Source: Squalus acanthias (lineage: Eukaryota). Taken from it: a stretch of DNA of 64,000 bases. Below the pieces are notes generated by a model that worked only from the letters and a program-made list of their open reading frames with translations, did not search any database and was not told the DNA's origin. The position numbers were made by a program, and so were the translations under genes. Of this stretch, positions 1-13,189 are shown one piece after another. The DNA is taken from positions 47,120,001 to 47,184,000 of the forward strand of contig CM059427.1 in NCBI GenBank assembly GCA_030390025.1. Reading direction: 5' to 3'. Each line of letters starts with the position of its first letter. The first letter of the stretch is position 1.

Positions 1-1620
1 AACTTATCCACTGTAAATACCACCAGCCTTTCTGGTAATTCCTCTTTATCTGTTTTTATCTCAGCCAGTAACTCAGCAACCTCCTCATTTACCATAGATT
101 TGGCAAAGTCCTCTTCCTTGGTAAACACTGATGCAAAGTACTCATTTAGTACCGCAGCCATGCTTTCTGCCTCCACCAATAGTTCTCCATTTTGATCCCT
201 AATCAGCCCCACCACTCCTCTGACAACCCTTTTACTGTTAACATGCCTATAGAAGGCCTTTGGATTCCCTTTTATGTTAGCCGGCAATCTATTCCCATAC
301 TGTCTCTTGCCCCTCTTATTTCCTTTTGCACCTCTGTACTTTTTATATTCAGCCTGATTCTCCCTTGTATTATATCAAGCTGACATCTGTCATACACCCC
401 CTTTATCTGCTTCATCCTACTCTCTAACTCATTCATTACCCAGGGAGCACTGGCTTTGGTTGCCCTCCCTTTCTCCCTTGTAGGAATGTGCCTAGACTGT
501 ACCTGAACCATTTCCTCTTTAAAGGCTGCCGATTGCTCCATTACATCATATCATATCGACAACAACAACATATTTATATAGTGCCTTTAACATAGTAAAA
601 AGTCACAAGGTGCTTTACAGGAGTGTTAGAAGACAAAGAAAATGGACACCGAACCACATAAGGACAAATTAGTGAAGATGACCAAAAGCTTGGTCAAAAT
701 GATAGGTTTTAAAAAGCATCTTGAAGGAGGAGGATAGAGAGGCAGAGAGGTTTAGGGAGGAAATTCCAAAGCTTAGGGCCTGCGGCAGCTGAAGGCACGG
801 CCACCAATGGTTGAGCGATTATAAACAGGGATGCTCAAGAGGGCAGAATTAGAGGAGCACAGATATCTCGGGGGATTGTGGGGCTGGAGGAGATTAGAGA
901 AATAGGGAGGGGCGAGGCCATGGAGGGATTTGAAAATAAGGATGAGAATTTTAAAATCGAGGCGTTGCTTAACCTTTCTGCCTGCCAGTCTTTGACTCCA
1001 ATTTACCCGGGCCAGATCCCTCCTCAATTTGCTGAAATTAGCCCAACTCCAGTTAAGTATTTTTATTCTAGATTGCTCCTTGTCCTTCTCCATAACTAAT
1101 CTGAACCTTACGATACTATGATTACTATTGCCGAGATGCTCCCCCACTGTGACAATCTCCACTTGACCCATTTCATTCCCCAGGACTAGATTCAGCAATG
1201 CCTCCTTCCTCGATGGGCAGGAAACATACCGATCAAGAAAAGTCTCCTGAACACACTTCAGAAATTCCTCCCCTTCTCTGCCCTTAACAGAATCACTGCC
1301 CCATTCAATATTGGGGTAGTTAAAGTCTCCCATTATCACTACTGTATATTTCTTGCACCTCTCAGTAATTTCTTTGCAAATCTACTCTATCTTCTTCCCA
1401 CTATTTGATGGCCTATAAAATACACCAAGTAGCGTAATATCTCCTTTATTGTTTCTCAACTCCAATCAAATAAATTCTGTCTTTGATCTCTCAAGGACAT
1501 TCTTTCTTTCTAACACTGTAATATGTTCCTTAATCGAAACTGCTATCCCGCCTTCTTTTTTTCCTTCCTTATTTTTCCTGAATACCTTGTACCCAGCAAT
1601 ATTAAACATCCAATCCCCTT
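1..1620 (-). mobile_element. CR1-type LINE fragment (APE endonuclease and linker), interrupted by an L2 3' end at ~545-972
   Basis: Minus-strand peptides IMGDFNYPNIEW, LNLVLGNE, VGEHLGNSNHSIVRF and AFKEEMVQVQSRHIP..APW are CR1 ORF2 endonuclease/linker motifs; similar to 13190-14050. Confidence 0.9.
545..972 (-). mobile_element. L2 LINE 3' end inserted in CR1
   Basis: VKQRLDFKILILIFKSLHGLAPPY...TIGGRAFS is the L2 ORF2 C-terminus; (TTG)n tail read as acaacaacaac at ~559-570; homologous to 12815-13189. Confidence 0.9.
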
Positions 1621-2149
1621 TTTTGAACCTCAACAACTTCTTGCGGGTTCCTCATTCTAAACACTCGCTGGATAAAGAAGTTTCATCTGAATTCCCTATT
1701 GGATTTATTAGTATCTATTTTATATTTATAGTGCCCTCTCAGCCCAAATAGAACATATTGCAACACTGAATCATAGAGCTATGATTCAGTTTTAGGCGAG
1801 TGTTCCAATAGAAAAGGCAAAAATTATATATATATTTTTACATCAGGAGGTCAATTATTGTAAAGAATTGAACAAAGTAGTACGATTTTCACTCTAAGAT
1901 ACAACCATAGATGATAATTCTATAGAGTGGAGCAGCACATTCTAATTATGAGAAAGAACATAGAACATCCAAATTTTCAGGAACAGTCGACAGTCATTAA
2001 CCCCAACAAGCCGATCTTTTTTTCCTTATCAACTGTATCTTCTCACTATGGGGAAGAATTGCTCTTGGTCACTATGTGCAATAAAATTGTAAATACGTTT
2101 TTTTTTAATACAATTACAATGTTGCCAGAACAACTGTTCCTCATATCGA

Positions 2150-2270
2150 TCAATCCCTTTAATCCATAGAAATACATCTAAGTGTCTTTGGAGCCTATCT
2201 ATACTGGCTGATTCAATAATCTTGCCTGATAACTTATTCCACAACACCTTTGGGTGAAAGAGTCCCTTTT
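2150..2270 (-). mobile_element. Old CR1 3' relic
   Basis: LWNKLSGKIIESASIDRLQRHLDVFL resembles the CR1 C-terminal WNSLP..V.A.S...FK..LD motif. Confidence 0.55.
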
Positions 2271-2440
2271 TACTCTTTTTCTCATTTTTAACACAACATA
2301 TACTTCTAAACACCTAGGTGGAGGGAGTGAAATTTAACTTCTTAAACATCAAAATTTTTACTCATAGTGAATTCTGATCAGTGCAAACATTTGTGGTCTT
2401 TCTAGAAAGTCTTCATGCTTAAACCTTATCCTTACTCTTT

Positions 2441-2574
2441 AGGGTAAATTCATTGATTCCACACTCCCAGTGTGGCGCTACACTCAAGGGGAGCACAGGT
2501 TAGAGAATCTGCACTACAACGTTATAGCCCTACCTCCAACCTGCGTTCCCTTTGAGCATTGGTGAATTTACCCC
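2441..2574. mobile_element. 134-bp MITE with Harbinger-like termini
   Basis: TIRs agggtaaattca / tgaatttacccc; internal inverted repeat ctcaaggggagcacaggtt / aacctgcgttccctttgag. Confidence 0.6.
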
Positions 2575-2774
2575 TATACCCCAGAATTGAGCAATATTTA
2601 AGTTTGAGCTGAGATAGCTCCATAATTCTTCATCCTCTCCGAGGAAATTTTCAGACGGTGTTATTTCGAAGTAGGTCAAATAGAGCATACATGCACACTT
2701 GTAATTATCTTTATGATAAATGTGTTTTACAATCATTATAAAATTCAGAGCTCCCTAATGGCTCTCCTAGTTTC

Positions 2775-3060
2775 ATCCCTGATCTGTGTTGAGTTCACTC
2801 TCAGCTGAAACACTGATTGCCTTAATGGCCTAAATTTGCCTTAGTGTGTCTGGGCCAGGGAGGGAGAATATTGGCCAAAGTTTCCATTCTTAATTGCTAT
2901 CTAGCAAACCAATAGAAGGAGTGCATGTGCAGGTGTTGAGTGAAGACTGGATTGGGCGGTGATGTCCCCATAGTATAATAGCCTGCCAATACTTACTTCC
3001 TAGGCCAGAGTAATGACCACTCTGGTGAAGTACAGGAAGATGCTGGACATCTGTGGCATA
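2775..3060 (+). mobile_element. DeuSINE-like (AmnSINE1/SacSINE1-type) ancient SINE body
   Basis: ctgtgttgagtt..ctcagc..gccttagtgtgtctgggccagggagggagaa..ttgctatc..gtgaagactggattggg..gtgatgtcccc..aatagcctgccaa resembles the Deu-domain consensus as recalled. Confidence 0.65.
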
Positions 3061-3783
3061 CAGCAGTATAGTGATTATGCCACTGGGCTAGCAAACCAGC
3101 ATTCATAAGGTCAGGAATTGGGTTGTTCACTGATAATTCTACAGTATTCAGCTCCATTCACAACTTCTCTGATACTGGAGCAGCCCATAGCAAAATCCGG
3201 ACATCAATCCAGGCTTGGGCTGATAAGTGGTGAGTAACATTCGTACCACTTAAGTGCCAGGCAATGACCATCTCTAACAAGAAAAGGCCCAACTACCTCC
3301 TCCGGGCCTTCAACCACACCATGGTTGCCGAGTCCCCCTCTAACCCTAGGAGTTACCATTGACCAGGAATTAACTGGACTAGCCATATCAACTCCATGGC
3401 TACATGAGTGGGGAAGAGGCAAGGTACTCCAATGGCAAGTGGCTCACCTACGATCCTTCAATGGCTCTACAGCCTCTAAAGGCTCAGGCAAACAGTGTGG
3501 TAGAATACTCTCCACTCAACTCAAAAGGTGCAACTGCAACAACATTCAAGAAGCTCAGCACTCTCTGTGACAAAGCAATCTGGTTGATCGGTGTCCTTTT
3601 CACTGAATTCAATTTCCACCTCCTCCACCACTGATGCACTGTGGCTGTAGTATGTACTAACTACAAGTTGCATTGCAATAACTTATCAAGCTTATAGTTA
3701 CAGCAGCACGACCTCCACCACCAAGAAGGACAAGAGGAGCAATGTCAGGGGAACACCATTTCCTGCAAGTTCCCCTCCAAGTC

Positions 3784-3862
3784 TAACTTGCACAGCTCTT
3801 TCAAAGAGCCATTACATGCACGGTGGGCCAAACAGCCTCCTTCTGTGCTGTAAGATTCTATG
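3784..3862 (+). mobile_element. CR1/HER1-type 3' tail insertion
   Basis: gggccaaacagcctccttctgtgctgtaagattctatga tail; 5-bp duplication aagtc at 3779-3783 and 3863-3867. Confidence 0.75.
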
Positions 3863-4038
3863 AAGTCACATACCATCCTGATTTTGCATTTATCATTCCT
3901 TTATCATCTCTGGATCAAAATCTTGTTGTAACACCATTGTGGGAGTACCATCACCATAAGGACAGTAGCAATTTAAGAAGATCTATCACCACTTCTGAGG
4001 GCAACTGGGGTGGTAAATGTGGCCTTGCCAGCATCACT

Positions 4039-4183
4039 CATAGAAACATAGAAAAATAGGAGCAGGAGTCGGCCATTCGGCCCTTCGAGCCTGCTCTGCC
4101 ATTCAATATTATCATGGCTGATCCTCTATCTCAATACCATATTCCCATTCTCTCCCCATACCCCTTGATGCCTTTTGTGTCTA
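4039..4183 (-). mobile_element. CR1 3' tail
   Basis: catagaaacatagaaaaataggagcaggag..ggccattcggcccttcgagcc; nearly identical to 39930-40070. Confidence 0.85.
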
Positions 4184-7100
4184 TCCTGAGATTAATTTTT
4201 TAAAAAGTAAGTCAGCAGCATTAAAAGAGGAAGGGAGAAAATGGAGGGGAGGGAGGTAGAAAGTACTCAGAGTGGAACTGGGGAATACAGAAATTATTTA
4301 ATTTCGAAGAATTGTATCATGTTTTCAGGTCTTCCTTCTGGGTTAAACAATTTTGATATTCACAGTGCCCTATTGAGAATTCTTAATACAACTCACCCCT
4401 AATTCAAACAGGGCACTGTATGGCAGCTTAAGTTTTCCAGCACAGATAACTTATTATGACATCCATTTAACAATCATGAAGACCTCATGATAGATTGGTG
4501 ATTGAGCAGTTAGATTTCTGTTGATTTTGTATTTCATATTTTACCCTCTGTTGCATTCTTCAATTGAATCTTGTTTACTTATTTCTGAATGTGGCCTCTT
4601 GCTGACTTTTATTTGTTTTCGTCATGTTTCTCTTCTCCACTTTGTTTAACTGAAATGGCCAATTATGACCTAAATCCATCCGTCTGACAATGAAGTTTTA
4701 TTATTTGAAGGGTGATGGCAGCAGCAGACTGGCCAACAGGATGCTTTGACAATGGTGCAGTCCCAGACCAGCTGGTAGTTAATGAGAGGTCTGAATCGGT
4801 GTCAAAGCTGTCTATCTGAGGACTCGAAACTTGCCTGAATGCCATATGGTTCATTCTCATTCCATCCAGTATCACTTTCAATCTGCACTTTTAGGGTGAG
4901 CTAGAATACTGTTGGTCAGCTTACAGGATTACCTACCTCTGATAGAGCTTGGCAAAAATGAGAATTGATTGTTCCCATTGAATTTTAAATTTTTTTACCA
5001 GTAAAACAAATTTGATTTCTGATTCACTGTTAATGTTCTTTAAAACAGAAGTTATCGTGCTGTAATGGTATTTTCACAACAGCATCTTTCATTCAATTTA
5101 AATCTGGAAAACCTGCCTGGTCTCATGAATTTGCCAGTGATATTATCAAATACTGTAATGATTATGGGGCTCTCAATCTCTCCTGTGCTCCAGTTTAATA
5201 GCCAGACTTCTGACTTGATAAATGCTACAGTGCATTTCAAAATGCTGATGTCACTATAATTGTAGTTATACATCCATCCTAAAATTCAAAAGTGCAATTA
5301 TTGCTGGACACTTTTATTATGGTCTAACAATAATGGCTAGCTACAGAAAGCTAAAAAGTGAAAAATTCTAATATATTTCTACTTACATTGCAACAAGCTC
5401 TCAGCTCCCAGCGGTCTTGTGAGACTTAATTACTTCAATTCCCATTTCACTTTTCTTTTGTGCCACTATTGTTCATCAGATTAAGTGTACATATGTCAAG
5501 CATAATATTAGATAACAACCTACAAAGTTCTTATATTGACAGTTCTGCAGTATATTTCAGTTTCTTTCGTGTGGTGAACAAAGCAAAAACATTCTTAACC
5601 TTTTGCAGATTAATTTATTTTATTTTTATGATGATTCTATTAAGAATAGATTCAAATATTTAGCCACATTGGTACTCCTGCTATGAAAACTGTAACTAAA
5701 ATCTCTGACAGAAAGCATAAATAAAAATTAAACAATTAACGGTGCTCAATTGCACCGCTCCATAGAGTGATGGCCTGAATGCGATGGGTTTATGATCTTG
5801 AACAGGCCAAGAGAGGGAGGGGCCATGAGAGGCCAGATATTTGCTCACAGAAGGCAGGGAATTTCAGAGGCCGATTCACCCCAGGCCACATTCATACACA
5901 TCCGAGCAGTCAGCTAAAGCATCAACAGAGATTGGGAGTAGGTTGCCTGCTTGCTCTCATGGGGATATTTAAACAGAGGTAGAAAATCTTTTAAATGGAA
6001 AATGGGGAAAATAAAGACTAGATTCAAAAGGACATATTTAAAATCACACAAGTAGAAGGCAGCAAAATAACAAAAATTCAAAACTGATAGGTTCAAACAA
6101 CTACCCTCTCTGGCATCTTTGAGACCCACAAAACTATTTAAGTAAAATGACTATAAAAGCTGCTAATGTGTACAATGATGAGGGTTGTTTTTATATCTTT
6201 GGAGGAGCTAGAAATAAATATGACATTCTAAAAATGAATTTCTTTAATTATTTCCAGATGTGAGCCGTCGTAGAGTAGCTGTGGATGAGATTCTATCAGC
6301 CTAAAGACAAATTAGTTTCAGGACTCTTAAGAACAAATTACAATGAAACTGTGTTCATATCTAAAGATAGATATTTATAAACATTTCAGATCTGGTGGGG
6401 AAGAACTGTTCCTTACACAAGAGCAATGGAAGCAGCTTGAAATTATCACCCACAAAACAGAAGATTTTTGAATTAATGTGAACAAGATTTCTTACAGTGC
6501 TAGATAGCAGATTATTCAGATTAAGATATTGCACAGGGCATTTTTCACAGATATTATTCATAAAAAAGGTTTAGCTGTAGTGTAGGAGACGCAAGGAGGA
6601 AGATGCAGATTCCATGTATAGAAGCTTTGGGGTGTTTTGGGAGGTGATAGACCACATTTGTCATGCTTGCCAAATAGATTCTTGTGGAATCAGAATTATG
6701 AATACTAGGGCATTGTTAAGAATTGTGTTTTTATAATAATGGCCAGTTTATCAACTTTCGTGAAAGGTAACAGGTTGGTGATGTATGATGGCCTGCCAGT
6801 CAGGTAATACCCTACTGAGAAATGTGAATCTAAAAAGGTTGTCCCACGGAAGATTAGGAGACTCAGTTTTGCTTGAGCATCTGTGATTCAACAGTTCTTA
6901 AGGACATAATACCTGATGTCCTCCCAGTTCTGCCGCCTCTGTTATAAGAACTGCTGCAGTGGAAAGATGCAGGTTATTGTCTTGGGGTAGAGCAAAGCTG
7001 GAATGGGAAACGGTATGCTTGCTTATATTGATGAAAATCTTAAGCTTAGCATAAAATGAGTTTTTGTGACTTTATATGCCGAGTTTAGATTGAGCATGGA

Positions 7101-7499
7101 CTTTCTTTGCAAGACTACTGTACAATGCTCAAACGTTATTCAGATACTGTGAAGTGGTTTATAATACAGAAACCTGCCAGGTGAGGTTTGTAAAATAAAA
7201 TTTGTTTGGCTGTGTTTATTCATCCAACAGGAACTAAAAATGTAATTTCTGTGGACATACCTCAGTGATAGAGATGATATAATCCATTAAGATGCTGACA
7301 CTTCACTTGAAAGAAGCATCAGATTTAGTTTTAAAAGAAAGATATACCAAAGTCTGGAGGAAAACAGTACACGGCAACTGACAAGACTCCATTTCCTATT
7401 GATTTTTTTTTTTAATTCATATTTTGGTGGATTATTTTGTGTTTGTCAAGGTGAGGGATGTCAGTACTGGGGATTGAATAACTTCCATTTTTTGTTTCC

Positions 7500-7740
7500 A
7501 GTGGCAGCACCAAACACTCACATGTCAGTGATTGCATGATCCAGATACAGAGTATAAGATTTCTTTACTGTAACCAAACCACTTGCTAAAACTTGAACTT
7601 CAAAAGAGCAATCCCTACTTTCCATTTCAGCCATCCTTGAGGTGTCTCTGTACAAGACTGCTAAATTAGTGCCAAATAATGGCTCCTTTTGTATTACTGA
7701 TTTACACCCACTGGGAATAGGATTTATATTGCAAAACTCA
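7500..7740 (-). mobile_element. LF-SINE/Deu-like ancient SINE body relic
   Basis: Reverse complement reads ttggcactaatttagcagtcttgtacagaga..caaggatggc..atgga..atactctgtatct, resembling the LF-SINE body as recalled. Confidence 0.45.
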
Positions 7741-9830
7741 TTTTAAGTAGGAGCCGTGCAGCCAGTGGAGAAAGGAGACTTTCATCCCATAAATCTGGGC
7801 TAGATTCAATCTCACAGTCCAGAGTTGAAAGTACAATGAGCCAACTCACTAAATCGTCCTATCCCCATCATTTTTGATTCAATTAAAAAAAAACTGCATT
7901 CAGTATTATACTTGCTGCCTTGTGAGCTTCAGTCCCATTCCCCTGCTCTTTCCCTACAGCCCAGTAATTATTTTCCCTTCAAGTATTTATCCAATTCCCT
8001 TTAGAAAGTAACTATTGAATCTGCTTCCACCTCCTGTTCAGGCAGTGTATTCCAGATTACAACAACTCACTGCATAAAAAAATTGTTTCCTCATGTCGCC
8101 TCTAGTTCTTTTGCTAATCACCTTAAATCTATGTCCTTTGGTTACCGACTCTTCTGCCACTGGGGACAGTTTCTCCTTATTTAATCTATCAAAACTGTTC
8201 ATGATTTTGAACACCACTATCAAATCTCCTCTTAACCTTTTCTGCTCCAAGGAGAACAACCCCAGCTTCTCCAGTCACTCCATATAACTGAAGTCCGCAT
8301 CCCTTGTACCATTCTAGTTAATCTCTTCTGCACCATCTCTAAAGCCTTAATATCCTTCCTAAAAAGTATGGTATCAGAATTGAACACAATACTCCAGCTG
8401 AGGCCTAACCAGTATTTTATAAAAGTTTAGCATAACTTCCTTGCTTTTGTACCCTTTGCCTTTATTAATAAAGCCAAGGATCCCATATGCTGTTTTAACA
8501 GTCTTCTCAATTTGCCCTGCCACCTTCAAAAGATTTGTGTGCATACACCCCCAGGTCTCTTTGTTCCAGTACCCGCTTTAAGATTGTACCATTTAATTTA
8601 TATTGTCCCTCCTCTTTCTTCCTACCAAAATGAATCACTTCACACTTTTCTGAATTAAATTTCATCTGCCATGTGCCTGCCTATTTCACCAGTCTGTCTA
8701 TGTCCTCCTGCAGCCTGTTACTATCCTCCTCACTGTTTACTACATTTCTGAGTTCTGCAAACTTGGAAATTATGCCTTCTACACTCAAGTCCAGGTCATT
8801 AATATAGATCGAAAAGAGCGGTGGTGCTAATAAAGACCCCTGGGTGACACCACTGTACACTTCCCTCCAGTCTCAAAGACAAATGTTTACCACTGCTCTC
8901 TGCTTTCTGTCCCTTAGCCAATTTTGTATCCTTGTGGCCACTGTTCCTTTAATCCCATTGGCTTTAATTTTGCTAACAAATCTATTATTTGGTACTTTAT
9001 TAAATGCATTTTGGAACTCCATATACATAACATCAACCGCACTACCCTCATCAACCCCCTCCATTACTTCATCAAAGAACTCAATCAAGTTAGTTAAACA
9101 TGATTTACCTTGAACAAATCTGTGCTTAATTTCATTTATTAGCCCATACTTTTCCAAGTTCCAATTAATTTTGCCTCAAATTATTATCTCTAAATGTTTT
9201 CCCACCACCGACATAAGGATGACTGGTCTGCAATGCCGGGTTTATTCCGCTCCCCTTTTTTGAACAGGGGTGTAACATTTGCAATCCTTCAGTCCTCTGA
9301 CATCATCCCCATAACTAAGGAGGATTGGAAGATTGTGGCCAGAGCCTCCACAATTTCAACCTTTACTTCCCTCTGGAACCTAGGATGCATCCCATCTGGA
9401 CTGGGTGACTTATCTACTTTCAAGAGTACTGATAACCTTTTAAGTATCTCTTCTTTATCTATTTTTATCCTATCCAATATTGCTACTACCTCTTCCTTTG
9501 CTGCTACATTGACAGCATCCTCTTCAAGTGTAGACAGATGCAAAGTATTCATTTAGTACCTCAGCCATGCACTCTGCCTCCACAAGATGATCCTTTTTGG
9601 ACCCTAATCGGCCCCACCCTTCCTTTGACTATCCTTTTGTTTATAAAAGTCTTTTGGGTTCCCTTTTATGTTAGCCGCTAATCTATTCTCATACTCTCTC
9701 TTTGCCCCTCTTATTCCTTTTTTTTTTAGATCGCCTCTGTATTCAGCTTGGTTCTCTACTATATTATGAACCTTACATTTATCATAAGTTTCCTTATTTT
9801 GTTACATTTACTCTCTATATCTTTCATCAT

Positions 9831-12800
9831 ATCTTCGCTGCTTTCCTCCCTCTGCACCGAGCGACTTCTCATCCTCGGTGATTTCAACCTCCATCTCAAC
9901 TCATCTTGCTCCCTCTCATAGAAACATAGAAGATAGGAGCAGGCCATTCGGCCCCTCGAGCCTGCTCCACCATTCAATGCGATCATGGCTGATCATCCAA
10001 ATTCATACCCTGTCCCTGCTTTCTCCCCATATCCCTTGATCCCCTTAGCCTTAAGAAATATATCTAACTCCTTCTTGAATATATTTAATGAATTGGACTC
10101 AACTGTCTTCTGTGGTAGAGAATTCCACAGGTTCACCACTCTCTGGGTGAAGAAATTCCTCCTCATCTCAGTCCTAAATGGCTTACCCCTTATCTTTAGA
10201 CTGTGACCCCTGGTTCTGGACTCCCCCGCCATCGGGAACATCCTTCCTGCATCTAGTCTGTCTAGTCCTGTTAGAATTTTATAAGTTTCAATGAGATCCC
10301 CTCTCATTTTTCTAAACTCTAGCGAATACAAGCCCAATCGACCCAATCTCTCTTCATACGTCATCCCTGCCATCCCAGGCATCAGTCTGGTGAATCTTCA
10401 CTGCACTCCCTCCATGGCAAGAACATCCTTCCTCAGATAAGGCGACCAAAACTGCACACAATACTCAAGGTGTGGTCTCACCAAGGCCCTGTACAACTGC
10501 AGCAAGACATCCTTGCTCCTGTACTCAAATCCTCTCGCTATGAAGGCCAACATACCATTTGCCTTCTTAACCGCCTGCTGCACCTGCATGCTTACCTTCA
10601 GCGACTGGTGCACAAGGACACCCAGGTCTCGTTGCACTTCCCCTTTTCCCAATCTATTGCCATTCAGATAATAATCTGCCTTCCTGTTTTTGCCACCAAA
10701 GTGGATAACCTCGCATTTATCCACATTATACTGCATCTGCCCAATCGCCCAACCTCTCATCTGAGTTCACGGCCTTCCTTTCCTCCCTTAATCTCTCCCT
10801 TCATGTCAACTCCCCCACCCACATACACAGCCATCCCCTCGATCTTACCATCTCACGTGGCCTTGTTATCCCCTCCGTAACCATTACCGATAAGGCAATC
10901 TCCAACCAATTCCTTATATCACTCTCTACCCATATTCCCCTTCCCCCTCCTAAGCACACTTCTTTTCGTATCTGCCTCTGGAAAAAACTCTCCCTCAAGT
11001 CCCTTACCACTGCACTTTCTAATTCCCAACTAAGTAGCCTTTGGCCTACTATTCTCCATGGTATCTCTGCAGCTACTGACTTACTAAATCACCCTCTCTA
11101 CCACCTTTGATGCCCTTGTCCCCACTAAAATTACACTCTCTCACCCTAGTCGTTCCTCCTGGTACACCCCTCATCTCCACTCCCTTAAGTCCAAGGGATG
11201 CAGACTTGAACATCTTTGGTGGACAACTGGCCTAATCATCCATCACCAGATTTGGCTAGATCATATAAAGCACTACCGGGTCCTGCTCTCCATCACTAAA
11301 ACCGCCCACTATTCTAAGATCATCCAGGATGACAAAAATAACACCAGGCTTCTCTTCTCTGCCACTAACCGTCTTCTCAAACCACCCTCCCCTGCCTCCT
11401 CCTCCCTCACCTCTAACAATAAGTGTGAGGAGCTCATGGACTTCTTTGTTAAAAAGATCGACAACATTCGTTCAACTGCTTCTGCTTTCAATTCCCTCCC
11501 TTCCCAAGCCCACTGGGCCTTACTTTCTCTCGGTTTTCCCCCTGCCCTAACTCTAAATTTGCATATTGCTCTAATTTCTCTCCCATCTCCCACCTTGCCC
11601 TTTCAAAGCTCATCTTGTCAATGAGACCGACCTCCTGCTCTCTCGACCCTATTCCTACTAAATTGCTGACAACCCAACTTTCCTTCCTAGCTCCTATGTT
11701 AGCGGATATTGTTAACAGTTCTCTCTCCTCTAGTATTGTCCCCGTTTCCTTCAAATCTGCCATGATCACCCCTCTCTTCAAAAAAAACAACCCCCAACCC
11801 CTCCTTCCTTGCAAACTATTGCCCCATCTCCAAAGTTCTTGAATGTGTTGTCACCTCCCAAAACTGTTCCCATCTTTCCTAGAACTCCTTGTTTGAATCC
11901 CTCCAATCAGGCTTCTGCACCTGCCACAGTACTGAAACTGCTCTTACTAAGGTCACAAATGACATCCTAATTGACTGTGACAAAGGTAATCTATCCCTTC
12001 TCATCCTTCTGGACCTGTCTGCAGCTTTTGACATGGTTGACCACAAAATTTTGCTCCGATGCCTCTGCACCGTCATCAAGCTGGATGGAATTGCATTCGT
12101 CTGGTTTAATTCCTATCTTTCCAACCGTAACCATAGAATCACCTGCAATGGCTTCTCTTCCTGATCCCACACTGTCACCTCTGGTGTCCCCATAGGATCT
12201 ATCCTTGGCCCCTCCTATTTCTCATCTACATGCTGCCCCTAGGTGACATCATCTGGCAACACAACGTGAGTTTTCACATGTACACTGATGATACCCAGCT
12301 CTACCTCTCCTGCAGCTCTCTCGAACCCTCCGCCATCTCTATACTATCAGACTGCTTGTCCGACATCCAGCACTGGATGAGTAGAAATTTCCTCCAATTA
12401 AATATCGGGAAGACCAAAGCCATTGTCTTCGATTCACGTCACAAACTCCATTCCCTTTCCACTGTTACAATCTCTCTCCCCAACAACTATCTAAGGCTGA
12501 CCAAGTCTGTTCGCAACCTTGGTGTCATATTTGATCATGAATTGAGCTTCCTACCTCATATCCGTTCCATCACTAAGACTGCCCATTTCCACCTTCGTAA
12601 TACAGCCCATGTCCGCCCTTACCACAACTTATCTGCTGCTGAAACCCTCATCCATGCCTTTACCACCTCTAGACTTGACTATTCCAATGCACTCCTCCCT
12701 CGTTCTACCCTCCATAAACTTGAGGTCATCCAAAACTCTGCCGCCCATGTGTTAACTTGCACTAAGTCCTGCTCGCCCATCTCCCCTGTGCTTGCTGACC

Positions 12801-13189
12801 TACATTGGCTCCCAGTTAAGCAATGCCTCGATTTTAAAATTCTCATCCTTCCTTTCAAATCCCTCCGTGGCCACACCCCTCCTTATCTCTGTAATCACCT
12901 CAAGCCCTATAATCCCCCTAGACCTATTCACCATTGGAGGTCGTGCCTTCAGCTGCCTAGGTCCTAAGCTCTGAAATTCCCTCCTTAAATCTCTCCGCCT
13001 CTCTACTTCTCTTTCCTCCTTTAAGACTCTCCTTAAAACCTACCTCTTCAACCAAGCTTTTGGTCATCTGCCCTAACATCTCCTTATATGGCTCGGTGTC
13101 AAATCTTTCTTTGATAACAGTCTTGTGAAGCACCTTGGACGTTTTATTACTTTTAAGGCACTATATAAATATAAGTTATTGTTGTTGTT
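9831..13189 (+). mobile_element. 5'-truncated L2 LINE (EN C-terminus, RT, 3' UTR), with a CR1 inserted at 9920-10752
   Basis: LILGDFNLH, TSCSLDPIPT, QSGFCTCHSTETAL, LLDLSAAFDMVDH, FHMYTDDTQLY, SRLDYSNALL, LHWLPVKQ; (TTG)n tail at ~13175-13189. Confidence 0.95.
9920..10752 (-). mobile_element. Young CR1/HER1-type LINE 3' fragment
   Basis: KCEVIHFG, RDLGV, LVRPHLEYCVQFWSP, RGDLIETYK, WNSLP; 8-bp TSD cctctcat at 9912-9919 and 10753-10760. Confidence 0.95.

Larger units (their letters stand above)
3110..4205 (+). mobile_element. CR1-group LINE family B, 3' portion, with two CR1 tail insertions
   Basis: KCQAMTISNK, LGVTIDQEL, EYSPL, FKKLSTLCDKA motifs and tail ggccttgccagc; same family as 50895-52830. 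Confidence 0.85.

Noticed and set aside
773-1339. 188-aa ORF resembling a novel endonuclease fusion
   Set aside because: Chance in-frame junction of CR1 endonuclease and an inserted L2 C-terminus at ~972
4663-4881. 72-aa Ser-rich ORF as a host exon
   Set aside because: No recognisable homology and no convincing donor site
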